Below the pieces are notes generated by a model that was not told where the DNA came from, made no database searches, and worked only from the letters and a program-made list of their open reading frames with translations. The position numbers and the translations under genes were made by a program. DNA of 64,000 bases from an uncultured Clostridium sp. (lineage in GTDB: Bacteria; Bacillota; Clostridia; Lachnospirales; Lachnospiraceae), in NCBI GenBank assembly GCA_900555045.1, contig USJW01000003.1:5189-69188 (forward strand), written 5' to 3'. Of this stretch, positions 28,531 to 38,724 are shown in pieces; within the stretch, counting starts at the first letter, position 1, and each line of letters begins with the position of its first letter.

Positions 28531-29277
28531 TCACGCCGGAAACTCCACCTGCCCGAACAGCTGGAACGCGCCGCCGGACGGCGTGATCTCAAAGGTCATA
28601 GGCGCTCCGGTGGACGGATGGCGGAAGGTCAGCTTCCGGGCGCACAGAGCCAGCGGGCGCCGGGGCGCCGGTTTTCCACAGGAATCAGAAATCCCGTAGC
28701 GGTTATCCCCATAAATGGGCGTACCGTGATGGGACAGCTGAGACCGGATCTGGTGGTAGCGGCCGGTGAGAAGCTCTATATCCAGTAGTGCGAGCTCAAA
28801 ATCCGGCGTTTCCGGCATCAGATTGCCCGCATTTTTTGTTCCCAAAACCGTGTAGATAAGCTCCGCCCGCTGCGCTCCGTCCACAGAGTTATCCACAATC
28901 TCAGATTGGTTATTTTCCTGATTTTTCAACAGATAATCCACATAGGCCCCATGGTTATCCACAGGTTTTCCACAAACCACAGCGGCATAAGTTTTCTGCA
29001 TTTTTCCGCTCTGGATCTGTGCGCTCAGCGCTGCGGCGGCCTTGCGGTTTTTGGCGTACACCATCACCCCGCGCACCGGCTTGTCCAGTCTGTGGATAAC
29101 CCCAACATAGGGAGGCTGCCTTGTGGATTTTGTGGAACCGTTTGGTGATAACTTGTGGATATGTACCCGGATCTGGCTGACCATATCCGGCTCAAACCCC
29201 CGCGAGGACTGGGATTCCAGCCCCGCCGGTTTTTCCACAACAATCACATCCGCATCCTCATATAAAACAGAAATCAT
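28531..29277 (-). CDS. RluA-family pseudouridine synthase
   Basis: VVEKPAG, catalytic IHRLDKPVRG, K.Y.A.V.G, LLTGRYHQIR, PIYGD..YG and F.HP. Confidence 0.92.
   Translation of the reverse strand: MISVLYEDADVIVVEKPAGLESQSSRGFEPDMVSQIRVHIHKLSPNGSTKSTRQPPYVGVIHRLDKPVRGVMVYAKNRKAAAALSAQIQSGKMQKTYAAVVCGKPVDNHGAYVDYLLKNQENNQSEIVDNSVDGAQRAELIYTVLGTKNAGNLMPETPDFELALLDIELLTGRYHQIRSQLSHHGTPIYGDNRYGISDSCGKPAPRRPLALCARKLTFRHPSTGAPMTFEITPSGGAFQLFGQVEFPA
28672..29239. promoter_or_regulatory. Intragenic DnaA-box cluster (about 14 boxes)
   Basis: TTATCCACA at 28889(+), 28955(+), 29091(-). TTTTCCACA at 28672, 28966, 29231 (+). One mismatch at 28703(+), 28851(-), 28923(+), 28934(+), 29154(-). Two mismatches at 29122, 29131, 29143 (-). 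Confidence 0.85.
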
Positions 29278-29338
29278 TTGCTCTCCTTCACCTCCGATAA
29301 AAAAATACTTTTAAATTCAAGGTATTTTTCCAAACCTA

Positions 29339-29400
29339 TTGCATAATTCTCCCGCCTGATGTATAGTATAGAATATAGACACACATAGTTTTAAAAACTA
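29339..29400 (+). promoter_or_regulatory. sigmaA promoter and downstream palindromic operator of the hemolysin III gene
   Basis: TTGCAT(29339)-N17-TATAGT(29362); palindrome TAGTTTTAAAAACTA at 29386-29400. Confidence 0.55.
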
Positions 29401-29473
29401 CATGCAGTAGTTATGCTAGTTTTAATTGCTGGTATCATACATCATATTTCTACTTATAAGGGAGGCTGATTCC

Positions 29474-30145
29474 ATGAAATCAATCATCAAGCGCAATGTA
29501 ACCCGAATCAAAGATCCCGGCAGCGCGATCACCCACTTTATCGCCATGGTGCTGGCGATCATCGCCACCACGCCGCTGCTGTTAAAGGCGGCCAGGGAGC
29601 CGGACCATGTCCACTTCGTGTCACTGCTCATCTTTATTCTGAGCATGATCGGCCTGTACGCGGCCAGCACAATCTACCACACCCTGGATATCTCCCCGAA
29701 GATCAACCAACTGCTGCGCAAGATTGACCACATGATGATCTTCATCCTCATCGCCGGCACCTACACCCCCGTGTGCCTGATCGTGCTGGGCGACGGCACC
29801 GGATGGCTGCTGCTGTCGTTGGTTTGGGGTATCGCGGCCGCCGGAATCATCATCAACGCCTGCTGGATTACCTGCCCCAAATGGTTTTCAAGCCTCATCT
29901 ACATCGCGATGGGATGGGTCTGCGTCCTGGCCATCACAAAGATTCTCAACTCGCTTCCCAGCGGGGGCTTTGCCTGGCTGTTGGCAGGGGGAATTATCTA
30001 CACCGTGGGCGGAATCATCTACGCGTTAAAGCTGCCGTTCTTCAACTCCCGGCACAAGTACTTCGGCTCCCACGAGATCTTCCACCTGTTCGTCATGGGC
30101 GGGAGCATCTGCCACTACATCATGATGTACCGCTTTGTCGCCTGA
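29474..30145 (+). CDS. Hemolysin III / PAQR family membrane protein
   Basis: SAITH, ASTIYH, KIDH..IFILIAGTYTP, YIAMGW and HEIFHLFV..G..CHY. RBS ggagg. Confidence 0.93.
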   Translation: MKSIIKRNVTRIKDPGSAITHFIAMVLAIIATTPLLLKAAREPDHVHFVSLLIFILSMIGLYAASTIYHTLDISPKINQLLRKIDHMMIFILIAGTYTPVCLIVLGDGTGWLLLSLVWGIAAAGIIINACWITCPKWFSSLIYIAMGWVCVLAITKILNSLPSGGFAWLLAGGIIYTVGGIIYALKLPFFNSRHKYFGSHEIFHLFVMGGSICHYIMMYRFVA

Positions 30146-30400
30146 TTTCTGTCTCGCAATGAGCGCAAGCTTCTGGCAGCGTGTGAGCCGCTTGATCGCA
30201 TATTCCCTGCGCATCGCCTCCGCCTTGGTGGCGAACACTTCATAGTATGATAATACAACTGGCCGGCGCGCCTTGGTATACTTGGCGCCCCGGCCTTCAT
30301 TATGGTCCTTCACCCGCTTCTCCAAATGGTTTGTCCACCCGCAGTAGAGGGTTCCGTCCGAGCATGTCAAAATGTAGGTATAATTAATCTGTTCTTCCAC
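30026..30400 (-). CDS. GIY-YIG nuclease family protein (YhbQ/YazA-like)
   Basis: YTYILTCSDGTLYCGWT, H..G.GAKYT..RRPV and A..RE..IK.L.R..K. The 3' end overlaps the hemolysin III gene. Confidence 0.85.
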   Translation of the reverse strand: MEEQINYTYILTCSDGTLYCGWTNHLEKRVKDHNEGRGAKYTKARRPVVLSYYEVFATKAEAMRREYAIKRLTRCQKLALIARQKSGDKAVHHDVVADAPAHDEQVEDLVGAEVLVPGVEERQL

Positions 30401-30420
30401 TTCTAAATCCCAAATCCCGG

Positions 30421-30566
30421 TTCAGTCTGCGGTGCCATGCTATGTAAACGGCAACGACGCATATAACCTGTCATCGCCGCCCAGGGGCTGTTCTTCCCTG
30501 TAATCTATTTAAAGCACCAGCTGGATGCGCACCGCATAACCATTTGATGATACTGACTGCAGTCTC
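30421..30566 (-). ncRNA. Candidate structured 5' leader RNA of the GIY-YIG gene
   Basis: Multi-stem pairing (see findings) downstream of a TGCACA-N17-TATACT promoter with extended TG (30601-30573). Confidence 0.4.
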
Positions 30567-30628
30567 TAATATAGTATATCACAAAACCCTGAAAATGTGC
30601 ATGAACCAGCTTTTTACCATTTTTTAGG

Positions 30629-31690
30629 TTAAAAACGTCCGCCTCCGCCGCCATGGCTCCGGCCGCTGCTGGAGTGATGGGTGGTGCTTCGCCCGGAGGA
30701 TCCGCCCCCGCCGCTGCGCCCGGAGGAATTTGAGATCCGGGTTTGCGTGACAAACTGGTTCACCAGAATGTCCTGAACCTGGTTCATCTGAAAATGCGCC
30801 CCGGCGCGGTAGGCCAAAAGGCCGTTCTCCTTCTGCCGGCGGCTGGGCTTCATCTTGTACTGGCTGACAATGCCCGCACACGCGGTAAGGGCCACCCCGG
30901 CGGAAACCGCCACGGCAAACAGCGCCTCGTACCAGCGGATGCTGTGGTATACGCTGATTTTTCCCGTCTCGGAGTCATAGTTGTACTGCCCCGCCTGGAT
31001 TCCCTTGTCCACATAGTAGGACACGTCCGAGATAAACTGCCGCGCCGCTCCCGCGTAATCCTGTCTGCTCAGGTAGTCGGCTGCATTGCGCCCCATGGTC
31101 TCGATCCGCTTGTCGGTGAGAATGCGGATCATGATCCCGCTGGTGGAGATCCAGTAGTCCCCGTGGGCGGAGCCCGGCCGGTCCATGTAGATCAGGAACA
31201 GGACGCCGTCCGCCTCCTTCCCTTCCCCGAAGCCGCCGTAGTCGTAAAAGTCGTCGGCGTACTCCATGGCCGAACGCCTGCCGTCGTTGTAGGCCGTCGC
31301 CACCACCACGTCCACACCGGTCTCGCTGTGGCAGGCAGCCGCCAGCTCCTCCAGCTTTTCCTGATCCTCAGGCGAGAGCAGCTGTGCGCCGTCATGGACG
31401 TGCCGCAGCTCGCGGTCGGAGGGATCCTCGGTTTCCTGCGCGGACGGCGCGGTTTCCCGGGCGTCCTGCGTGCTTCTGCGCGTGCCCCGGTTGTTTCCCG
31501 GCACCACCGGGATGGCAGCCTGAGCCACCTGAAGGCCGGGCGCGCCGGGCTGCGCGGCCTGGGCGCACGCCGGACCTGCGGTCACGGCCGGCCCGGCTGC
31601 AAGGACCAGCGTGAGACACAGGAGCACGGCGGCCACTATTCGATTGAATGTCCTTTTTTTCGTGTTGTTTGTCCGTCCTGTCCCCATCAT
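30629..31690 (-). CDS. TPM-domain membrane protein with Gly/Ser-rich tail (YdjH-like)
   Basis: V.D.A.LLS, YADDFYD, DGVLFLI.M, a TM segment and tail GRSTTHHSSSGRSHGGGGGRF. ATGA overlap with the upstream gene. Confidence 0.85.
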   Translation of the reverse strand: MMGTGRTNNTKKRTFNRIVAAVLLCLTLVLAAGPAVTAGPACAQAAQPGAPGLQVAQAAIPVVPGNNRGTRRSTQDARETAPSAQETEDPSDRELRHVHDGAQLLSPEDQEKLEELAAACHSETGVDVVVATAYNDGRRSAMEYADDFYDYGGFGEGKEADGVLFLIYMDRPGSAHGDYWISTSGIMIRILTDKRIETMGRNAADYLSRQDYAGAARQFISDVSYYVDKGIQAGQYNYDSETGKISVYHSIRWYEALFAVAVSAGVALTACAGIVSQYKMKPSRRQKENGLLAYRAGAHFQMNQVQDILVNQFVTQTRISNSSGRSGGGGSSGRSTTHHSSSGRSHGGGGGRF

Positions 31691-32787
31691 ATCAAGTACC
31701 CCACTGTCAGCAGAATTGTAAGCAACGGCAGGGAGATGGACGCAAACAGAATCGCCAGCCGCCTCATGTCCACCGGCAGCTCGCCGCAGATTTTTCCGGT
31801 CTGGCCGTTCAGGGCGAAATAATAGATCTTCCCGCCCTGCTTCGGCCTGTATGTAAGCGTCCACACCGGCAAAAGCGCATACTGCCAGCGCTCATCCCGG
31901 ATATCGGCGTGCTGGTTTTTGACCTGTACCCGGTCGTAGGCAGTGCCGTAGGAGCGCAGGCCGGACAGCGCAAAATCCCGCACCTCCTGGGCCACCTCCA
32001 TGTGGAACTGATCCCGCTCCATATCCCGGTTCTCCGCGAGGAAGCCGGACAGGTAGCCCATGGAAAACTGCTGGGCCTGGTTCATCTCAAAGGGCTGGAC
32101 CCCGTCCACCAGGCAGCGGTTGGCCTTCTTTAACGCGTTCCTGGCCAGGTTGCCCACCTCCACGGTGCCGCACCGCTTGATGTCGTATATTTTTGTCTCC
32201 GTGTAGCGCATGTTCCCGGACGACCACACCCTTAGCGCCGTGCCCTGGGCGTCCACGTCCCCATCCACCTTGCAGCTGTACAGCCAGTACGGGAAGTACA
32301 CGCCCGTCATGGTCTCGATCTGCTTGGGGGAGTAGAACTCCCTGGGAACAAACTTCTTCTTGCCGATCCACTGGGAGAAGATCTCCTGCGCCCGCTTGCG
32401 GTCAATCTGAAACGGAACCACAAAATCCGGGTGATAACTCCCCCCGAACTTTCCCGCCAGCACCACCGGATTGTGGCAGTAGTAGCAGAATGTGGCCGCC
32501 GTGGTGGCGTCCGTCACAATCTCCGCGCCGCAGCTGGGGCAGGTGTACAGAAGGGGGCCCTGCTCGCCCGCCGCAGAATCGGCGTGCGGTGCAGAAGCCG
32601 TCCCCTCCGCGGCCGCCCCAGCCTCGTCCGGCTCCGCCAACGCATCCGAGGCAGCGGCCGGGGCCAGCGCATCAAGCTCCGCCTGCGTGAAATCGGACAG
32701 GCAGTATTCACAGTGGTATTTCTGGGTGGACGGGTCAAAGGTCAGTCCACCGTCACAATTGGGACATTTGTAAGTGATTGTTGCCAT
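31687..32787 (-). CDS. Zn-ribbon membrane-anchored protein (YdjG-like)
   Basis: CPNC..CEYC, CPSCGA..CYYC, Y.PYW, LLPVW, NGQTGK..G.LP and a C-terminal TM. Confidence 0.82.
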   Translation of the reverse strand: MATITYKCPNCDGGLTFDPSTQKYHCEYCLSDFTQAELDALAPAAASDALAEPDEAGAAAEGTASAPHADSAAGEQGPLLYTCPSCGAEIVTDATTAATFCYYCHNPVVLAGKFGGSYHPDFVVPFQIDRKRAQEIFSQWIGKKKFVPREFYSPKQIETMTGVYFPYWLYSCKVDGDVDAQGTALRVWSSGNMRYTETKIYDIKRCGTVEVGNLARNALKKANRCLVDGVQPFEMNQAQQFSMGYLSGFLAENRDMERDQFHMEVAQEVRDFALSGLRSYGTAYDRVQVKNQHADIRDERWQYALLPVWTLTYRPKQGGKIYYFALNGQTGKICGELPVDMRRLAILFASISLPLLTILLTVGYLI

Positions 32788-32811
32788 CGCTGTTTCAGTC
32801 CCTCCGCCTTT

Positions 32812-34119
32812 CTATGGTCTCGGTTTTCCGCACTCACTGCAGAATTTTCCCTTATTCTGGGTTCCGCAGCTGCAGGTCCAGGTCTCGCTCACCGGGCGCG
32901 GATTTCCGCACTCGCCGCAGAACTTTCCGTGGTTCTCCGTGCCGCAGCGCGGGCAAATCCAGCCGGCAGGGGGCGTCTGCGCTGCTCCGGAGGCAGATGC
33001 GCCAGCTCCAACACCGCCGGCCACTCCTGCCTCCTCAGCTCCTGCACCTGCGGCCATTCCGGCACCGCCCGCGGCTCCCGCCATCCCGGCGTTCCCGTAC
33101 GGCATCCCGGCCATGCCCTGGTTCATCTGCATCTGCTGCATATTTGTGTTGGACGCCGCGCCCATGAAGCCTCCGGTGGCCTGCATCCCCATTCCCATGC
33201 CCATAAAACCGGCCATGGCGCCATTTGCGTTGCCGCCGGCGTTCTTTAAGCCCTCAGCGATCGTGCTCTGCACATAGCCCTCGCGCACCATGGGATCGCC
33301 CATCATGGCGCCCTTGTTGCGCAGGTTGATTAGCTTCTGGGATTCCTCGTCGTAGGAGATGCTGGCGATGCCCACCGCCTGGATCTCCATTCCGCGCATC
33401 TTGTTCCAGTCCTCGTCCAGGGTGTCGGCCATGTACCGCCCCAGCTCCCGGCTCTTGGAGGTCACGAAGGAAATTCTGGTCCCGTCCGCCGCCATCTGGT
33501 TGATGGACGTCTGAAGCGCCTCCAAAAACTCGGACAGGTACTGGGTGTTGATGCTGTCGATCTCCACCCGGTCCGCGTTCTTCGGGATCACCTCCGCGTA
33601 GAACTTGAGGGGATCCGTCACCTTGATGGAGTAGGTGCCGTGCGCCCGAAGAAACAGCTCCGCATTGTAAAAATTGTCGAAGTAGTTCACCGGGTTTCGC
33701 GTGCCGAACTTGATCCCCTTGATCTCCTGGAGATTGACATAAAACACCTTCTGCACGCCCGGCGTGACTCCGCCGAACCGGATCCGGTTGAAGGACTCGG
33801 TCAGCGTGTCCCCGAACTGGCCGTTGAAAAGGGACGGCATGGAGGAGTTGTTCACCGTGTAATACCCCTCCTCGGCGGTGTAGTCCACCACGCGCCCCCC
33901 GTCCACCAGCATCATAAACTGGTTGGGGTACACATGGATCACCGACCCGTTGGAGATCGTGTCGCCGCTCCCCTTCAGGTTGGATCCGCGCCCCTTGCGC
34001 ACCTGCACACCGCGCACGAAGACGGTCTGATCGCCCATGTCGTCGGGCTCCACCACCTCCAGCCACTGGTCGCCGAACGCCGCTCCCATGGCGGACGTCA
34101 CTGCTTTGATAATTCCCAT
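32812..34119 (-). CDS. SPFH-domain protein with double zinc ribbon (YdjI / virion-core-protein-like)
   Basis: ISNGS.I.V, RF.GG, GFMGMGMG, WICPRCG..N.GKFC.ECG and WTCSCG. Confidence 0.85.
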   Translation of the reverse strand: MGIIKAVTSAMGAAFGDQWLEVVEPDDMGDQTVFVRGVQVRKGRGSNLKGSGDTISNGSVIHVYPNQFMMLVDGGRVVDYTAEEGYYTVNNSSMPSLFNGQFGDTLTESFNRIRFGGVTPGVQKVFYVNLQEIKGIKFGTRNPVNYFDNFYNAELFLRAHGTYSIKVTDPLKFYAEVIPKNADRVEIDSINTQYLSEFLEALQTSINQMAADGTRISFVTSKSRELGRYMADTLDEDWNKMRGMEIQAVGIASISYDEESQKLINLRNKGAMMGDPMVREGYVQSTIAEGLKNAGGNANGAMAGFMGMGMGMQATGGFMGAASNTNMQQMQMNQGMAGMPYGNAGMAGAAGGAGMAAGAGAEEAGVAGGVGAGASASGAAQTPPAGWICPRCGTENHGKFCGECGNPRPVSETWTCSCGTQNKGKFCSECGKPRP

Positions 34120-34255
34120 ATTTTAAATCCCCTTTCTGAAGTATTTCAGTCTCTGCGGCGCCCTACAGGCACCGCCAATACGAAAACAACTCCTTTCCCC
34201 GCACGGCCTGTGGCACCACTGCGTGAAAGGAGTCAACACTTATTTGGCTGCCCTT

Positions 34256-34284
34256 ATCATACCATCTTTGCCGGGCTTCTTCAA
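34256..34284 (-). promoter_or_regulatory. sigmaA promoter upstream of the SPFH operon leader
   Basis: TTGAAG-N17-TATGAT. Confidence 0.7.
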
Positions 34285-34312
34285 TAGGCGAACCCACGGA
34301 CCTCGCCCGCTT

Positions 34313-35201
34313 TTAGTGGCTGCGCCGCCTGCGCTTTATGGGGTTCACAAACCGGATGGCCAGGGCCAGAAGTCCGCCCGCCACCAGAAGCTGCAGCAGG
34401 ATGCTGATGAACACCCAGTTTTCTATCACCCAGCCCTTCTGCACGATCCCAAACGTCCGGCAGAGTCCTTCCACGCCGCTGCCGCTGCCCGCCTGACCGT
34501 TAATGATGGTGTAGAAGGTGGCGGCCGGGTTGATGAGCAGCAGATACACAAAATTGCCGGAGGTGGGCTGCACCGTACCGCGCCCGATCCCATAGTTCAT
34601 CGCATAGTTGGCCAGCCGGTTGGCGGAAAGCCCCAGCACGAACCGGTTGACAAAGTAGGTCCCGCCCACAACCGCTACCAGCACGCCGTAGGTCACAACC
34701 GTGGCGATGGTGGAACGCTTGAAGGCCGCGGACAGACAGATGCCCAGTCCGCCCGCAAACAGGGCTACCGCCACGTAGCACAGAAGCAGCGCCACCACAT
34801 CCCAGAGGGTGATCCCGCCGAACACGAACACCAGCATGATGGCCGGAAAGCTGGAGATCACGAGAAGCATGAGCGTGCTCAGCGCGCTCATCAGCTTGCC
34901 GCTCACAATCTGCCCCGGCGTCATCTGCGTGGTCAGCATGAGCTCCAGGGTCTGCCGCTCCCGCTCCCCGCTGATGCTGGAGGCCGTCACCGCGGGCACG
35001 ATAAAGGTCAGCAGGATGAACTCAATGGTGGCCACAAACTCATATATTTCCATAAAGCTGCTGTACTGGATCGTGGCGGTGGCCTTGACCTGGGACACCA
35101 CCGAGTACATGTTGAGCAGCGCCACGGCACAGAGGATTCCGTTGAACACCGTCAAAATGAGCGGCAGCCGCAGGCTTCTTGAACTTACCCGGGCCTCCCT
35201 C

Positions 35202-35224
<23 letters not shown>
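34313..35224 (-). CDS. ABC-2-type transporter permease
   Basis: NPV..RE, P..TA.SISGERERQTLEL.L.T, GKL and multiple TMs. Confidence 0.88.
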
Positions 35225-36163
<939 letters not shown>

Positions 36164-36167
<4 letters not shown>

Positions 36168-38654
36168 TTACTCCTCCCTATCACCGTCACAATGGGCAGC
36201 ATGATGTTCCAGCTGTAGTCCTCCGGGTTGGTGTAGACGTACTTCACCGTCAGCGTGTTTCCGGGCGATAAGTACGGCTCCAGGGCCGCTATATCGTACG
36301 ACTCTGCCCCAAGGTCCATGGGATCATAGTTTCCGGTGTCATAGTTGTAAAAATACATATTGCCAACAAAGGGCACGGTGTAATTGTACCGCAGGCTGTC
36401 AACCACCCGGTCGGACAGCTGGTGGAAGTCCACCTGCACCACCTCCGTGTCGTTGCCCAGGAAATACTCCAGCATGAGCGGCGTCATTCCGTACATGGTG
36501 TTGTTCGCCGCGTAGTACTCTCCGCTCAGCACCTCGGGATGCTTTTGCAGTCCGGAGCGGTAAACCAGGCCGTCCTGCTCGTAGTCCACATCCACGGAGG
36601 AGGTGATGAGCGTGGAGCCGTAGGTCTCAACCCCGCCGCGGGCCAGAAATTCCTTGCCCTGGCGCTCCTGGCTGAAGCCCACAATCCGCGCCTCGGAGTG
36701 GTATCCCGCCATATAGTTGCCCAGGTAGAAGGTCAGAAGGTTGGTCCGCTCCAGGGCGTGCACGTACTCCTTGTCGTCCAAATCCCCCTCCCGGTAGCGG
36801 GAGGCGCCGGTGATCTGCTCCGCCATGGGGTAGCCGTAGCTCATCACGCCGTATACCACGTCGTTTTCGTCCAGCTGCACCGTCTGCTCTGCCTCCATGT
36901 GGCCCACTAAAACCATCTGGTTGTACATCAGAATCGCCACATCGTCCACCGGCTGGTCGTACCGGTTGGTCAGCGTCCCCGAAATCTTTCCGTCAAAGCA
37001 GCGGAGATCCCCGACGAATCCCGCGCCCTGCAGATTGTCCGTCTTGCGCTCCAGCTGGAAATATTTAGGAGTAAACGCCCCCACGTTGCGCGCGCTGACC
37101 TTCGTGGAATTCTCCCCGAAGTGCAGCGCTATGGCCGGATCCTCCGTGCCGGTGAACTTGGGCGACGCCGCATTTCCGTAGTAGTTGTCATAGTAGGCGC
37201 TGCGGGTGATGGGGTGCACCATGAAGGACGGGTCCAGCTCCACGGAGTAGGGCTTGTTGTAGGGCGCCCGCATGTTGATGTAGGTGGTCTCCGTGATGCC
37301 GCCCTCGCTGGTGTCCTTGATGGTCGCGTAGGTGAAGAACGGGCCCGTAAACCGGGTCGTAGCGCCCATCAGGTACACCATTCCCGTGCTGCACAGGGAC
37401 AGAAGCACCACCGACCGGGCGTAATACCGCCGCAATCCCCGCTGCTTTAAGAAGAAGTACAGGCCCGGCCCCATGAGGGCCACGTAGGCCACCGCCGCGA
37501 TGGTGTAAAGCCCCACTTTCGGCAGCCGGTTGATGTCGCCGGTGTTGATCAGGCTCTGGACGGACCAGTACTGGCTGGACGTGGTTCCGTCCGCCGAGAG
37601 CGACAGCATGTTGATCCGGTCCTCGCCCAGAAGGGAGAAGAACAGGTTGTCGATGTAGGATATATTGTCCTGGCAGAAGTCCCCGATGTCCACAAAGTCG
37701 TAGATGGCCGCGGCCACCAGCCCGTTATCCACGGGCACGTAGGTCAGCACCGACAGTTCGTCGCTGGAGAGCACCTCGCTGGCCCCGCGCATGAAAATAT
37801 CCGTGCAGACCAGAGGGATCTCCGCCTCCTTGGGGCTGTTCTTGGCAAACTCCACCCCCATGTTGATGTCCTGTAGGTCCGCCTGGGGAAGCGGCCCGAT
37901 GAGGAGCTCATCGCCGAACGCGTCCAGCACGTCCTCCGCCCGCGCGCCGGTTCCAAAGAGCAGGACTCCGCCCTTTTTCACCCACTGCCAGATGGCCTCC
38001 ACCTGGGCCCCGGACAGGGTGCGCGAGTTAAAGTTTGAAATCAGAAGCACATCCAGCTGATCCAGCCCCAGCTCCTGGGATGGAAGGCTCTTTGCGGTCA
38101 TCACCACCGTGCGCGTCCTAAGCGTACCGTAGTTTATTCCCACGCCGTTGAGATACTGGAGGCGGTCCGGCGTGTCGCTGAGCAGTCCGATGAATAACTC
38201 TGCCGTGTCCGTGTTGATATTTAACTTTAAGCGCTTGCTGGCCGCCTCGCGGCCCTCCTGGTCCACCACCTTCACGTACATCTGGTCGATGCGCGCGCCC
38301 AGGGAGATGCTCATGCTCTTCACATCCTGCGCCCCCGGCTCAAGGGTCACCGGGTACTCGTAGCGGTACAGCTCGTAGTCCGACTCCATGGTCAGAATGC
38401 AGAGCGTGCCGGAGAAGGCCGCGGTTCCGGTGTTGTCCAGCTTGATCTTTAGCGGGAGGAAACGGCCGCTCTTGGCCATGTCCTGGTATCCGTAGGTGGC
38501 GTCCAGGGTAATCTGCGGCGCGCTCCCGTCACCGGCCTGGGCCGGGGTTCCCGCCAGGGCCGGCGTGACGGCCAGAATGCACAAAAACAGGCCCACAGCG
38601 ATCGCCGCGGCCGCCTGGCGCCTGCCCTGCCAAATGCTTTTTAGTCTACCCATC
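36164..38654 (-). CDS. Large secreted/membrane-anchored protein associated with the ABC exporter
   Basis: Signal-like N-terminus; GATase-like segment (LDVLLI..., WV..GG.L.FG.G); two TMs around GP..YF.LK. Overlaps the ATPase start. Start is uncertain. Confidence 0.7.
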
Positions 38655-38724
38655 ATTCCATGTTCTCCCATAATGCGATTAGCTGAATGTATCCGGGACG
38701 CTCCTCGCGTCCCAGGATTGACAA

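Noticed and set aside
28672..29470. Replication origin (oriC)
   Set aside because: No dnaA/dnaN nearby, the boxes are intragenic, no clear DnaA-trio run, and minus-strand gene bias is unchanged on both sides. Kept as a DnaA-box cluster.
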